A DNA stretch of 25,683 bases. Origin: an archaeon. Its GTDB lineage: Archaea; Micrarchaeota; Micrarchaeia; Norongarragalinales; UBA97. The DNA is taken from contig JAGVFW010000017.1 in the NCBI GenBank assembly GCA_020057405.1, forward strand, positions 1 to 25,683, in the 5' to 3' direction. The notes beneath the pieces are model-generated. The model did no database searches, had not been told where the DNA came from, and was given only the letters and a program-made list of their open reading frames with translations. Of the stretch, positions 1-6,777 are shown piece after piece; within the stretch, counting starts at the first letter, position 1, and each line of letters starts with the position of its first letter. The position numbers and the translations under genes were made by a program.

Positions 1-95
1 ACGGCTTTGGCCGCCTGCAGTACGAGCTCATCGTGCCCAAGACCGCAGCTTACGGCAACGCGGGCTACGACTTCTACGTCGAACTCGGCAACTAA
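1..95 (+). CDS. 3' end of a hypothetical protein (partial, runs off window start)
   Basis: Open frame from position 3: GFGRLQYELIVPKTAAYGNAGYDFYVELGN, TAA at 93-95. Third codon positions are strongly C/G, like neighbouring real genes. Not in the ORF track. Confidence 0.75.
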   Translation, partial: GFGRLQYELIVPKTAAYGNAGYDFYVELGN

Positions 96-98
96 GCC

Positions 99-118
99 GC
101 CGCGCTAAAGCTCGCGGC
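99..118. terminator. possible hairpin between convergent genes
   Basis: GCCGCG (99-104) / CGCGGC (113-118) inverted repeat right after the TAA. No clear adjacent U-tract. Confidence 0.25.
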
Positions 119-162
119 CAGAGAAAATCAAATTACTATTCGGCACCATACGCAGGCGCTAG

Positions 163-507
163 CTACAGGAGCTTGAGCCCGCCCGTAATCCTGTCAATCT
201 CGCCTTCGGGCGCAGGACCGATTGCGACCGCCGTCGGCGTGCCGGGCACCACTTGCGTATGGCCCGCGTCCTTGACAAGCGCCGCCGGGAGCTTGGCCGC
301 CTTGGCCTTCATGAAGACGTCAAGGAGCTCCGCCTCGCTAGAAACCTTAAGCGTGATTTTCTTGCTCCCGCTCTCTTCCCACTCGGACGCGTCGGCGTCA
401 CGAGCGAGCTTGTAAGCCATCAGCGAAGCGTGGCTACCTTGGGCAACCATCTTGCCCTTGCCCATCTCAAGGTCAGCCCGCACGACAATAGCCTGCTTGT
501 AATCCAT
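163..507 (-). CDS. pth2: peptidyl-tRNA hydrolase Pth2 (archaeal/eukaryotic type)
   Basis: Motifs YKQAIVVRADLEMGKGKMVAQGSHA, KKITLKV, DAGHTQV, AIGPAP, ITGGLKLL. ATG at 507 preferred, about 25 nt downstream of minus-strand TAAATAT. Confidence 0.96.
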   Translation of the reverse strand: MDYKQAIVVRADLEMGKGKMVAQGSHASLMAYKLARDADASEWEESGSKKITLKVSSEAELLDVFMKAKAAKLPAALVKDAGHTQVVPGTPTAVAIGPAPEGEIDRITGGLKLL

Positions 508-542
508 AACCAATTATAGCCGCCTGCAGGATATTTACCCTT
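508..542. promoter_or_regulatory. compact divergent archaeal promoter pair (pth2 / nurA), probably leaderless
   Basis: Plus-strand TTATA at 514-518, about 25 nt before the nurA ATG. Minus-strand TAAATAT at 531-537, about 25 nt before the pth2 ATG. Confidence 0.55.
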
Positions 543-1616
543 ATGCTCTCGAACGACCTCAAGCGCGTTGCCGACGAAGTCCGCGGCCTCCAGTCAAGCC
601 GGGCCCTCGCAGTCGCGGCCCTAAAGGAAACCGACGGGGCCCTCGGCGCATTTGACGTGCTCGAGAAAGGCTTGCGCCTGCGAACCATACCCGTCGTGCC
701 GTCCGGCCGCGTTGTCGCTGTTGACGGCGGCATCGTAGCGCAGGAATTCCACGGCATTGACCTGTTCCTCGTGCGCGCCTGCGCAGTTGCCTTTGACTAC
801 GAGAACGGCAAAGTCAAAAGCTACAACTACCACCCGTCACGCCTTCCTCCTTACGCAATCCACGCCCGCCACTCGCTCCAGTCGCACGAATTCGCTTGGT
901 TCAACGGCCTTCTGCGCCTCGAGTCCGAACTCTCCTGCGCAATCGCGGCCGCAGAAAAATTTTCTCCAAAAGTGCTCTTGCTTGACGGCAGCATCATGCC
1001 GCAAGTAAGCGACAGGCCCGCCCGCGAGAGCCCAGCGTACTCCGCTTACGAGGACGTCTTGGACAAATTCAAGCAACTCTACACACTCTCGCAAAAGCAG
1101 GGCTTCTGGCTCGCCGGCGTAATCAAGGACTCGCGCGGCAGGCATTTCCTCGACCTCATCGCAAGCGCCGCAGGAGGCAAGCTCAAGGAATTTTCGCAAG
1201 TGCTCGAGCGGACTAACGATACGGTCTTCCTCTACGACCTGCTAGCAGAAGGCGAGCGCACCCCCGCCTTCAAGTACTCTAGCGCCGCAAGCGAACACGT
1301 CGTGTTGCGCGACCTAGGCGACTGGAGCCGCAAGATAGCCAGCTTCTACGTCAAGCCCGCGCCATTCGACAGGCCGCTTCGCGTCGACTTTCTGCTAAAC
1401 GGCACAGCCGCCGACATTCCCCCGCTTGCCGACCTGATTTGCGCCCTCTCAAAAGGCAACAAGTCCTACGCCTACCCCGCAGTACTCATCGAAGCCGACA
1501 TGCAGGCGGCGATGAACCCCGACGAAGCGCGCTTCTTCTCCGACGCCCTCTTCGCAACCCTCGGCCGCGGACCCGACTTGATGGAACTGCGAAGAAACTC
1601 AAGGCCGTTTAGGTAA
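543..1616 (+). CDS. nurA: DNA double-strand break repair nuclease NurA
   Basis: VAVDGG, LLLDGS, GVIKDS, PLRVDF and YAYPAVLIEAD..A motifs of the NurA RNase H-like fold. C-terminal RRNSRPF. Confidence 0.92.
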   Translation: MLSNDLKRVADEVRGLQSSRALAVAALKETDGALGAFDVLEKGLRLRTIPVVPSGRVVAVDGGIVAQEFHGIDLFLVRACAVAFDYENGKVKSYNYHPSRLPPYAIHARHSLQSHEFAWFNGLLRLESELSCAIAAAEKFSPKVLLLDGSIMPQVSDRPARESPAYSAYEDVLDKFKQLYTLSQKQGFWLAGVIKDSRGRHFLDLIASAAGGKLKEFSQVLERTNDTVFLYDLLAEGERTPAFKYSSAASEHVVLRDLGDWSRKIASFYVKPAPFDRPLRVDFLLNGTAADIPPLADLICALSKGNKSYAYPAVLIEADMQAAMNPDEARFFSDALFATLGRGPDLMELRRNSRPFR

Positions 1617-1621
1617 GACTG

Positions 1622-2569
1622 ATGAAATTCGCAAAGATGCTGCTGGTTGACGTTGACGAGTCAAAGTTAGATGGCGCGTTTTGGAGAAAGTTGGATGTGC
1701 TTGCAAGCGAACGCATTCACTTTCCAAAAGACGGCCCGGCCGCCAGAAAAGAAATTGAAACCACCGACTGTCTTCTCGTCAGTTTCAACGTCAAGGTAGA
1801 TGCGGCGCTGCTTGGCCTTTCTCCCAAGCTAAAATACGTTGGCGTCCTTGGAACCGGATATGGCAAGGTCGACGTAGGCTATTGCAAAAGCCGGGAAATT
1901 GCCGTCACCAATGTCCCCGGATACAGCACCGAAGGCGTTGCTGAATTCACCATCGGGGTAATCCTCGAACAATGCAGGGAGCTTGCAAAGGCAAGGCGCC
2001 AAGCCGAGGCAGGGAACTACTCCGACGCAGGCTTTTCCGGAGTCGAACTCAAGGGCAAGACCTTCGGCGTCATCGGCCTTGGCCAGATAGGCGGCCGAAT
2101 TGCGCAAATAGCTTCCGGATTCGGTTCCGAGGTTATTTACTGGTCGAGGGAAAAGAAACAGGACTTCGAATCTAGGGGAATCGCCTATGCACAAATCAGC
2201 GTTCTTCTCGCGAAATCAGACTTCATTTCAATTAACCTCGCCTTAAACGAGCAAACTCGGAATTTTCTTAACGCCGACGCGATTGCAAAAATAAAGCCGG
2301 GTGCGGTTGTGGCGAACACTGCGCCAATGGAGCTGCTGGACTTGGGTGCTCTTGAGGCTAGACTGGCAAAAGGTGACCTAACCTTCATCCTCGACCATTC
2401 TGACGAGCTGTCTCAACCGGATTTGGCGAAGCTAAAGTCGTTCAAAAATTGCTTGCTTTATCCGCCCATCGCTTATTTGACAAAAGAAGCCCGGCTTGCA
2501 AAGCAGGAAGTATTCGTGAAAAATGCAGCCGACTTTCTGGCCGGAAAGCGAACGAATCGCGTAGTCTAA
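1622..2569 (+). CDS. D-isomer-specific 2-hydroxyacid dehydrogenase family protein (atypical active site)
   Basis: LKYVGVLGTGYGKVD, VTNVPGYSTEGVAE, ELKGKTFGVIGLGQIG (GxGxxG), SDFISINLALN..T. Canonical Arg and His positions are replaced. Confidence 0.88.
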   Translation: MKFAKMLLVDVDESKLDGAFWRKLDVLASERIHFPKDGPAARKEIETTDCLLVSFNVKVDAALLGLSPKLKYVGVLGTGYGKVDVGYCKSREIAVTNVPGYSTEGVAEFTIGVILEQCRELAKARRQAEAGNYSDAGFSGVELKGKTFGVIGLGQIGGRIAQIASGFGSEVIYWSREKKQDFESRGIAYAQISVLLAKSDFISINLALNEQTRNFLNADAIAKIKPGAVVANTAPMELLDLGALEARLAKGDLTFILDHSDELSQPDLAKLKSFKNCLLYPPIAYLTKEARLAKQEVFVKNAADFLAGKRTNRVV

Positions 2570-3219
2570 TTCGTGGCCCTGACGCACTTGCCGCCAGCGT
2601 CGGGATAATCGCCGTCAAGTGCGCATTCCCAGCCGGAAGGACACCCGAAGGCCGCGATGCCGCCGCAGAATTGCGTTGTCGCGTTAAGCTCAAGGGGCCG
2701 CGTGTCCGCAACCACGGAGAGAAAGTCGTTTGGAGAAACGTTATCCACGAATAAGTTGAATTCCGACGGCGTGATAACCTCTTCGCAGGCGGTTCCCCTG
2801 CTTGAAAACTCAAGGCGCACGACAATCGCGGAGTTTGACAAGTCGCGCACCGCGCTTGCCTTTACGCTGTCGCACGGCGTGGGCTTGAAGACCGTGCCTT
2901 GCACGCGTGCCGACTGCCCCATCACCGTATAGGTATAGTATTCGTCGGCGTTGTAGTCCGCAGGCAAGTCAGTCAGGCCGCGAACTGCCATTTGTTCGAA
3001 ATCGTGCTGCACAGCAGCAGGCGGACGCGCGAGGTACCCGAAAAACAATAGAGCCATTACCGCCAAGACTGCAACCGCAAAGACAAACGCCGGCTTAAGA
3101 AAAAACGGGCGGGGCGCGGGTGCGGAAATTTGTTTTACGCCCGCTTTTCGCGCCGGCTTTTCCTTCGCGCGGATTGTCTTAGTCGTTCGGTTTGCTTTCT
3201 TTCTTCTCGCGCTCGCCAT
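2566..3219 (-). CDS. membrane-anchored hypothetical protein with C-terminal Cys-rich module
   Basis: Basic N-terminus, one TM helix (FVFAVAVLAVMALLFFGYL), extracellular Cys pair, terminal FCGGIAAFGCPSGWECALDGDYPDAGGKC. ATG directly abuts the gatB stop. Confidence 0.8.
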   Translation of the reverse strand: MASARRKKANRTTKTIRAKEKPARKAGVKQISAPAPRPFFLKPAFVFAVAVLAVMALLFFGYLARPPAAVQHDFEQMAVRGLTDLPADYNADEYYTYTVMGQSARVQGTVFKPTPCDSVKASAVRDLSNSAIVVRLEFSSRGTACEEVITPSEFNLFVDNVSPNDFLSVVADTRPLELNATTQFCGGIAAFGCPSGWECALDGDYPDAGGKCVRATN

Positions 3220-4602
3220 CTATTTTTTCGCCAGCGCTTTTCTCAACATTTCCTGCGCCTGAGTGGGCGAGGCCATGCCCTTTGTCTCGCGCATCACGAG
3301 GCCGGCCAGGAAGTGAAGCGCCTCGGGCTTGCCGCTGGCGAAATCCGCGGCAGGCTTGGGGTTCGCCGCAATCACTTTTTCGACAACGGCCAAGAGTTCG
3401 TCGCCGCCGTGGACGCCGAGCAGTCCCTGCTTTTGCGCATTCGCCCTCGGGGCCCTGCCATGGTCAAGGAATTCTATCAGCAGCTGCTCGCCTACCTTCT
3501 CGGTCACTTCGCTTGTGGAAAGCATTTGCAGCAATTCGCAGAGCAGTTCGGGCGTAAGCTTGCTTTGCTTAAATGACCGGTTGCGCCAGTTAAGCTGCTT
3601 TTTGAGCATTCCGCGCATGAGCCTCGCAGCGATTTTCGCATCCGTCTTCTTCGCGATTTTCTCAAACGCGTCGGCGTATTCCTGCTCCAGGCAAATGGCG
3701 TACGCTTCCTCTGCAGTGATGCCGTATTGCTTTGCAAGCCTGGCCCGCTTTTGGCGCGGCAGTTCCGGCATCTGCTTTGCAAGCTTCTCAACCATTGCAG
3801 GCGTAACGATGAGCGGGGGGATGTCGGGGTCAGGGAAGTACCGGTAGTCGTCGGCAGTCTCTTTCCTGCGCAGGCCGATTGTGATGCCGCGGCCCTCGTC
3901 AAAGTGGCGCGTTTCCTGCCCGTAAGTTACGCCGTGCTTGACGAGATTGCGCTGGCGTGTTTCCTCAAAAGACAGCGCCGTTACCACGCCCTTGAAGCTG
4001 TTGATGTTCTTCACTTCAATTCGGGGGTGGCCCTCGATGCTGATGTTTGCGTCAACACGCGTGCTGCCAGGCTCGACTCGCGCGGCGTTAAGGTATTCGA
4101 GGATTGCGCCCAGCTCCTCCAAAAACTGCCTCGCGTGCTCTGGGGAAGTGAAGTCCGGGTCGGTGACAATCTCGACTAGCGGAATGCCCGACCGGTTATA
4201 GTCAACTTCGCCAGTGCGCAAGTCGTAGCGGCCCGGATCCTCTTCGAGATGGCACTCGCGTATGCGCACTCCGGCCAACTCGCCGTCAATTGCGACAGGC
4301 AGTGAAGTTCGCTGGTAGCCGCTTGGCAGGTCTGGCCAAAAGTAGTGCTTGCGGCGGACGTAAATCGGCTCGTTCGTGACGACTTTGCAGCTTAGCGCCA
4401 ACGCAATTTGCACGACTTTCCCTAAAATCTCTTCATTCACCCCAGCTGGCTTTGAGCCAGGCTGGCCGCTGCACGTGGGGCACACTAGAGAATTTGCCGG
4501 CACCTCGAGGTACTTTTCAGTCGGGCAGCTGCAGAATAGCTTTGAGGCGCTTGCAAGCTGCACGTGCACTTCAGTGCCGATGACTGTCTTCAATTTGACC
4601 AA
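3220..4602 (-). CDS. gatB: Asp-tRNA(Asn)/Glu-tRNA(Gln) amidotransferase subunit B
   Basis: IGTEVHVQL..SKLFCSC, RKHYFWPDLPSGYQ, HLEEDPG, DYNRSGIPLVEIVT, RVDANIS, EVKNINS, DYRYFPDPD, YqeY-like tail. TTG start about 25 nt after minus-strand TTTTATT. Confidence 0.97.
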   Translation of the reverse strand: MVKLKTVIGTEVHVQLASASKLFCSCPTEKYLEVPANSLVCPTCSGQPGSKPAGVNEEILGKVVQIALALSCKVVTNEPIYVRRKHYFWPDLPSGYQRTSLPVAIDGELAGVRIRECHLEEDPGRYDLRTGEVDYNRSGIPLVEIVTDPDFTSPEHARQFLEELGAILEYLNAARVEPGSTRVDANISIEGHPRIEVKNINSFKGVVTALSFEETRQRNLVKHGVTYGQETRHFDEGRGITIGLRRKETADDYRYFPDPDIPPLIVTPAMVEKLAKQMPELPRQKRARLAKQYGITAEEAYAICLEQEYADAFEKIAKKTDAKIAARLMRGMLKKQLNWRNRSFKQSKLTPELLCELLQMLSTSEVTEKVGEQLLIEFLDHGRAPRANAQKQGLLGVHGGDELLAVVEKVIAANPKPAADFASGKPEALHFLAGLVMRETKGMASPTQAQEMLRKALAKK

Positions 4603-4690
4603 GGGAACTTTAGGCGGCGCAGCGAATAAAAGCCCGCGTGATTGGCGTGGGCGCAGTTAATATTATCCGGATGCCGCCTTAGTTTCGCTT
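4603..4690. promoter_or_regulatory. divergent promoter region gatB / sigma-70-like gene
   Basis: Minus-strand TTTTATT at 4625-4631. Plus-strand TTAATATTAT at 4657-4666, about 25 nt before ATG 4691. Confidence 0.55.
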
Positions 4691-5776
4691 ATGGTATCTT
4701 CGAGGCGCGCCCCGATTTCAAGTGAAACGGCACGGTTGCGGCGGGAGAAGGCGGACCGGTTCCACTGCTTTGCAGTTGACTTATACCGTCAAAAGGCACG
4801 GCTTCCAAACGCAAGCGCCCTGAAGGCTTTGGAAAACGCAGAACACCGCCGGATTGTCGAAGAGCAGGGTGGGCCAGAAAAAACTGCAGAGCTTCTGCAA
4901 ATGTGGAAGGCAAGCGTGTTGAACCAGTTGCCTGAAAATGACTTTAGCCTGGCCTTGGCCAAAGCCGGCGACAAGCAAGCAATGAACCGGGTTGTTAGCG
5001 CAAATCTGGGCCTGGCCGCAGTTGCCGTCAAAAATTTTTCGCGCCTTAGAGCCCCGCGCGGAATGACGCCGCAGGATGTCGGGCAATCGGCAATAATTCA
5101 CCTGCATGGGGCGGTCCAAAACTTCGATTTTACTCTCGGCTATCGATTTGGCACTTTTGCCATTACTCACATCTATAACAGCTTGTGTGGAGAATGGCGG
5201 GACGCGGGAATGATTCGCGTGCCACGCACCATGCGGGAAAAGCAGTCTAAACTGGAGAAAGCCGAAACCCAGCTCAAATTACGCCTTGGACGAAAGCCGT
5301 CGGACGACGAGGTTGCGGATTTGATGAAGATAATGCCAAGCGTGCTTGCCGAATTGCGGAACGCGAATACCGATCCCGCGTCGCTAGACGCCCCCGTGCC
5401 AAACCGGGGCAGAGGCACTGTTGAATTAGGCTCGCTAATTCCCGAAAAAACAAGCATTGGAGCTAATTTGGAAATCCGCGCCCTTACCGGGGCGTCCTTG
5501 CGCGGCCTTTCGACCCTGCCAGAACGGCAGCAGTTTGCAATACGGGCGATGACGCTTCTTCCGTATCCCGCGCCGTCAAGCGAGCTCGAGCACAAGCTAA
5601 ATGCGCTTATCAAAGACCGCGACGAGCCGCCAACCCAAGCCGAGGCAGCTTCCCACCTTGGCATTAGTGAGAGCCGATTCAGCCAATATTTCAGGGACGG
5701 CAAGACAAGATTGCGCAAGCTCATAACCGAACAAGGTTGGAATCCGTCCGAGCCAAAGAAAAAATCGAAGAAATAA
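4691..5776 (+). CDS. sigma-70 family RNA polymerase sigma factor-like protein (divergent, regions 2-3-4)
   Basis: Region 2: AKAGDKQAMNRVVSANLGL...QDVGQSAIIHLHGAVQNFDFTLGYRFGTFA. Region 3: MIRVP...LGRKPSDDEVADLM...SLDAPV. Region 4: LSTLPERQQFAI...TQAEAASHLGISESRFSQ...RLRK. Confidence 0.9.
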   Translation: MVSSRRAPISSETARLRREKADRFHCFAVDLYRQKARLPNASALKALENAEHRRIVEEQGGPEKTAELLQMWKASVLNQLPENDFSLALAKAGDKQAMNRVVSANLGLAAVAVKNFSRLRAPRGMTPQDVGQSAIIHLHGAVQNFDFTLGYRFGTFAITHIYNSLCGEWRDAGMIRVPRTMREKQSKLEKAETQLKLRLGRKPSDDEVADLMKIMPSVLAELRNANTDPASLDAPVPNRGRGTVELGSLIPEKTSIGANLEIRALTGASLRGLSTLPERQQFAIRAMTLLPYPAPSSELEHKLNALIKDRDEPPTQAEAASHLGISESRFSQYFRDGKTRLRKLITEQGWNPSEPKKKSKK

Positions 5777-5785
5777 TAGTGCGCC

Positions 5786-6484
5786 TTATCTCCCGCGTTC
5801 GACTGCAGTCCTGCTTTGCTCAAGCATGCGGTTGAGCCTGTCGTAGAGGCGCGCCGCCTGGGCCTCCGAAACAAGGAGACTCAGCTTGGTAACCGAATTG
5901 AATATGGCATAGACGTTGATTCCTAGCGCGTCTAGCTGGTTTGAGACGAAGGCTAGCACCCCCGGCGTCATGTTCGCCTCGCGGTCGTACTCGATAGTCA
6001 AAAGCGCGAGGGCGTCGTACTCAAGCAAAATGTCATCGCGGTCGACTTCAGCCTTAATCAGCGGGAGAAACTTCCTACCCGTCGCGACCATGATTTCCTC
6101 GCTTCGCTGCAGCACATACATCTTGTCGCCCTGATGCCAGTTGACGTACTTGCGTTCAAGCTCGATTATTTTCGAGTAAAGCTCGCTAGTGCGGCGCAAG
6201 TGCAAGAGAACCATGCCGGTCCTAAGGATGATGCGCGCCCCCGCAAGCACGCGCAGCGTCTCCGAGTTTTCGTCCTTGCCCGAGGCAGCCTTGGCGTAAC
6301 GGCGAACAGCCATGATGAGCGAGTCCATGCTCGCTTTTCTCCCGCCCATCTTCTCCTCGACCGCGGGCTTGATGAATCGGGCTAGCGCGCTGTAGTTGAT
6401 TAAATCGTTTTCCAGCGGAAGCTGCAGAAAACCCATTTCCTCCATAACTGCCGAGACGAGCTCGGCCACGCTGTCCTTTCCCAC
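5786..6484 (-). CDS. archaeal ACT-domain protein with N-terminal helical, possibly DNA-binding, domain
   Basis: SVAELV...LINYSALARFIKP...IMAVRRY N-terminus and C-terminal ACT-like TPGVLAFVSNQLDALGINV. GTG start 24 nt downstream of minus-strand TTTATA (6508-6513). Confidence 0.85.
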   Translation of the reverse strand: MGKDSVAELVSAVMEEMGFLQLPLENDLINYSALARFIKPAVEEKMGGRKASMDSLIMAVRRYAKAASGKDENSETLRVLAGARIILRTGMVLLHLRRTSELYSKIIELERKYVNWHQGDKMYVLQRSEEIMVATGRKFLPLIKAEVDRDDILLEYDALALLTIEYDREANMTPGVLAFVSNQLDALGINVYAIFNSVTKLSLLVSEAQAARLYDRLNRMLEQSRTAVERGR

Positions 6485-6507
6485 ACGACAATCACAACCG
6501 CAAGACC

Positions 6508-6529
6508 TATAAATGTCCCATTTGGGACA
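6508..6529 (-). promoter_or_regulatory. TATA box with abutting palindromic operator-like site
   Basis: TGTCCCA-TT-TGGGACA perfect 7-bp inverted repeat (6514-6529) directly upstream of minus-strand TTTATA (6508-6513). Confidence 0.6.
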
Positions 6530-6578
6530 CTATTTTTGGGTTTAAGTCTTTAGGACAACTAAGCGGTCACGACACAAG

Positions 6579-6587
6579 TTTTTAATA
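6579..6587 (+). promoter_or_regulatory. TATA-like box upstream of candidate ncRNA
   Basis: TTTTTAATA, ending about 23 nt before the G-run at 6610 that opens the closing stem. Confidence 0.5.
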
Positions 6588-6609
6588 ACCGGATGAAGTT
6601 GTCCTTTCT

Positions 6610-6729
6610 GGGGGGGAACGGAAGCGTGCGCTTCTGTCGCATCCCAGGCAAGGAACCTCAGGAGGTTCTTCCGCCGTTATTGTTGGTCGCTTTGCTATGG
6701 ATGCGCAAGTCGTCCGGCCGTTTCCCCCT
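6610..6729 (+). ncRNA. candidate structured non-coding RNA (about 120 nt), family not recognised
   Basis: 12-bp terminal stem 6610-6621/6718-6729. Nested stems 6638-6644/6699-6705 and 6647-6653/6690-6696. Hairpins 6622-6633 and 6654-6667. G-U pairs favour the + strand. TATA at the expected distance and pyrimidine-rich 3' flank. Confidence 0.55.
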
Positions 6730-6777
6730 TGGCTCTTTCGTAACCTATTATTAACCGCTTTCCACCAGTAGATAACC

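Noticed and set aside
3220-4602. gatB as a redundant duplicate of gatE, or an anomaly for lacking gatA/gatC
   Set aside because: Coexistence of GatCAB (Asn) and GatDE (Gln) is normal in archaea, and gatB is often unlinked from gatCA.
5752-5773. NLS-like tail PKKKSKK on the sigma homolog
   Set aside because: Lys-rich termini also occur on other proteins in this window (GatB, GatE, Lrp). There is no evidence of eukaryotic targeting.
5173-5874. 233-aa minus-strand ORF
   Set aside because: Antisense shadow of the sigma homolog; Ser/Arg-rich with no motifs.
6610-6729. 5S rRNA, tRNA, SRP RNA or RNase P identity for the 120-nt structure
   Set aside because: The length matches 5S, but the helix order and the conserved loop C sequence (CCGAAC) do not, on either strand. 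There is no TTCGA T-loop, no SRP helix 8 motif and no RNase P GAGGAAAGUCC.
6593-6754. 53-codon ORF MKLSFLGGNGSVRFCRIPG... over the candidate RNA
   Set aside because: The ATG is only about 5 nt from the TATA-like box, so it lies upstream of the expected TSS. There is no SD and no recognisable motif. Not fully excluded.
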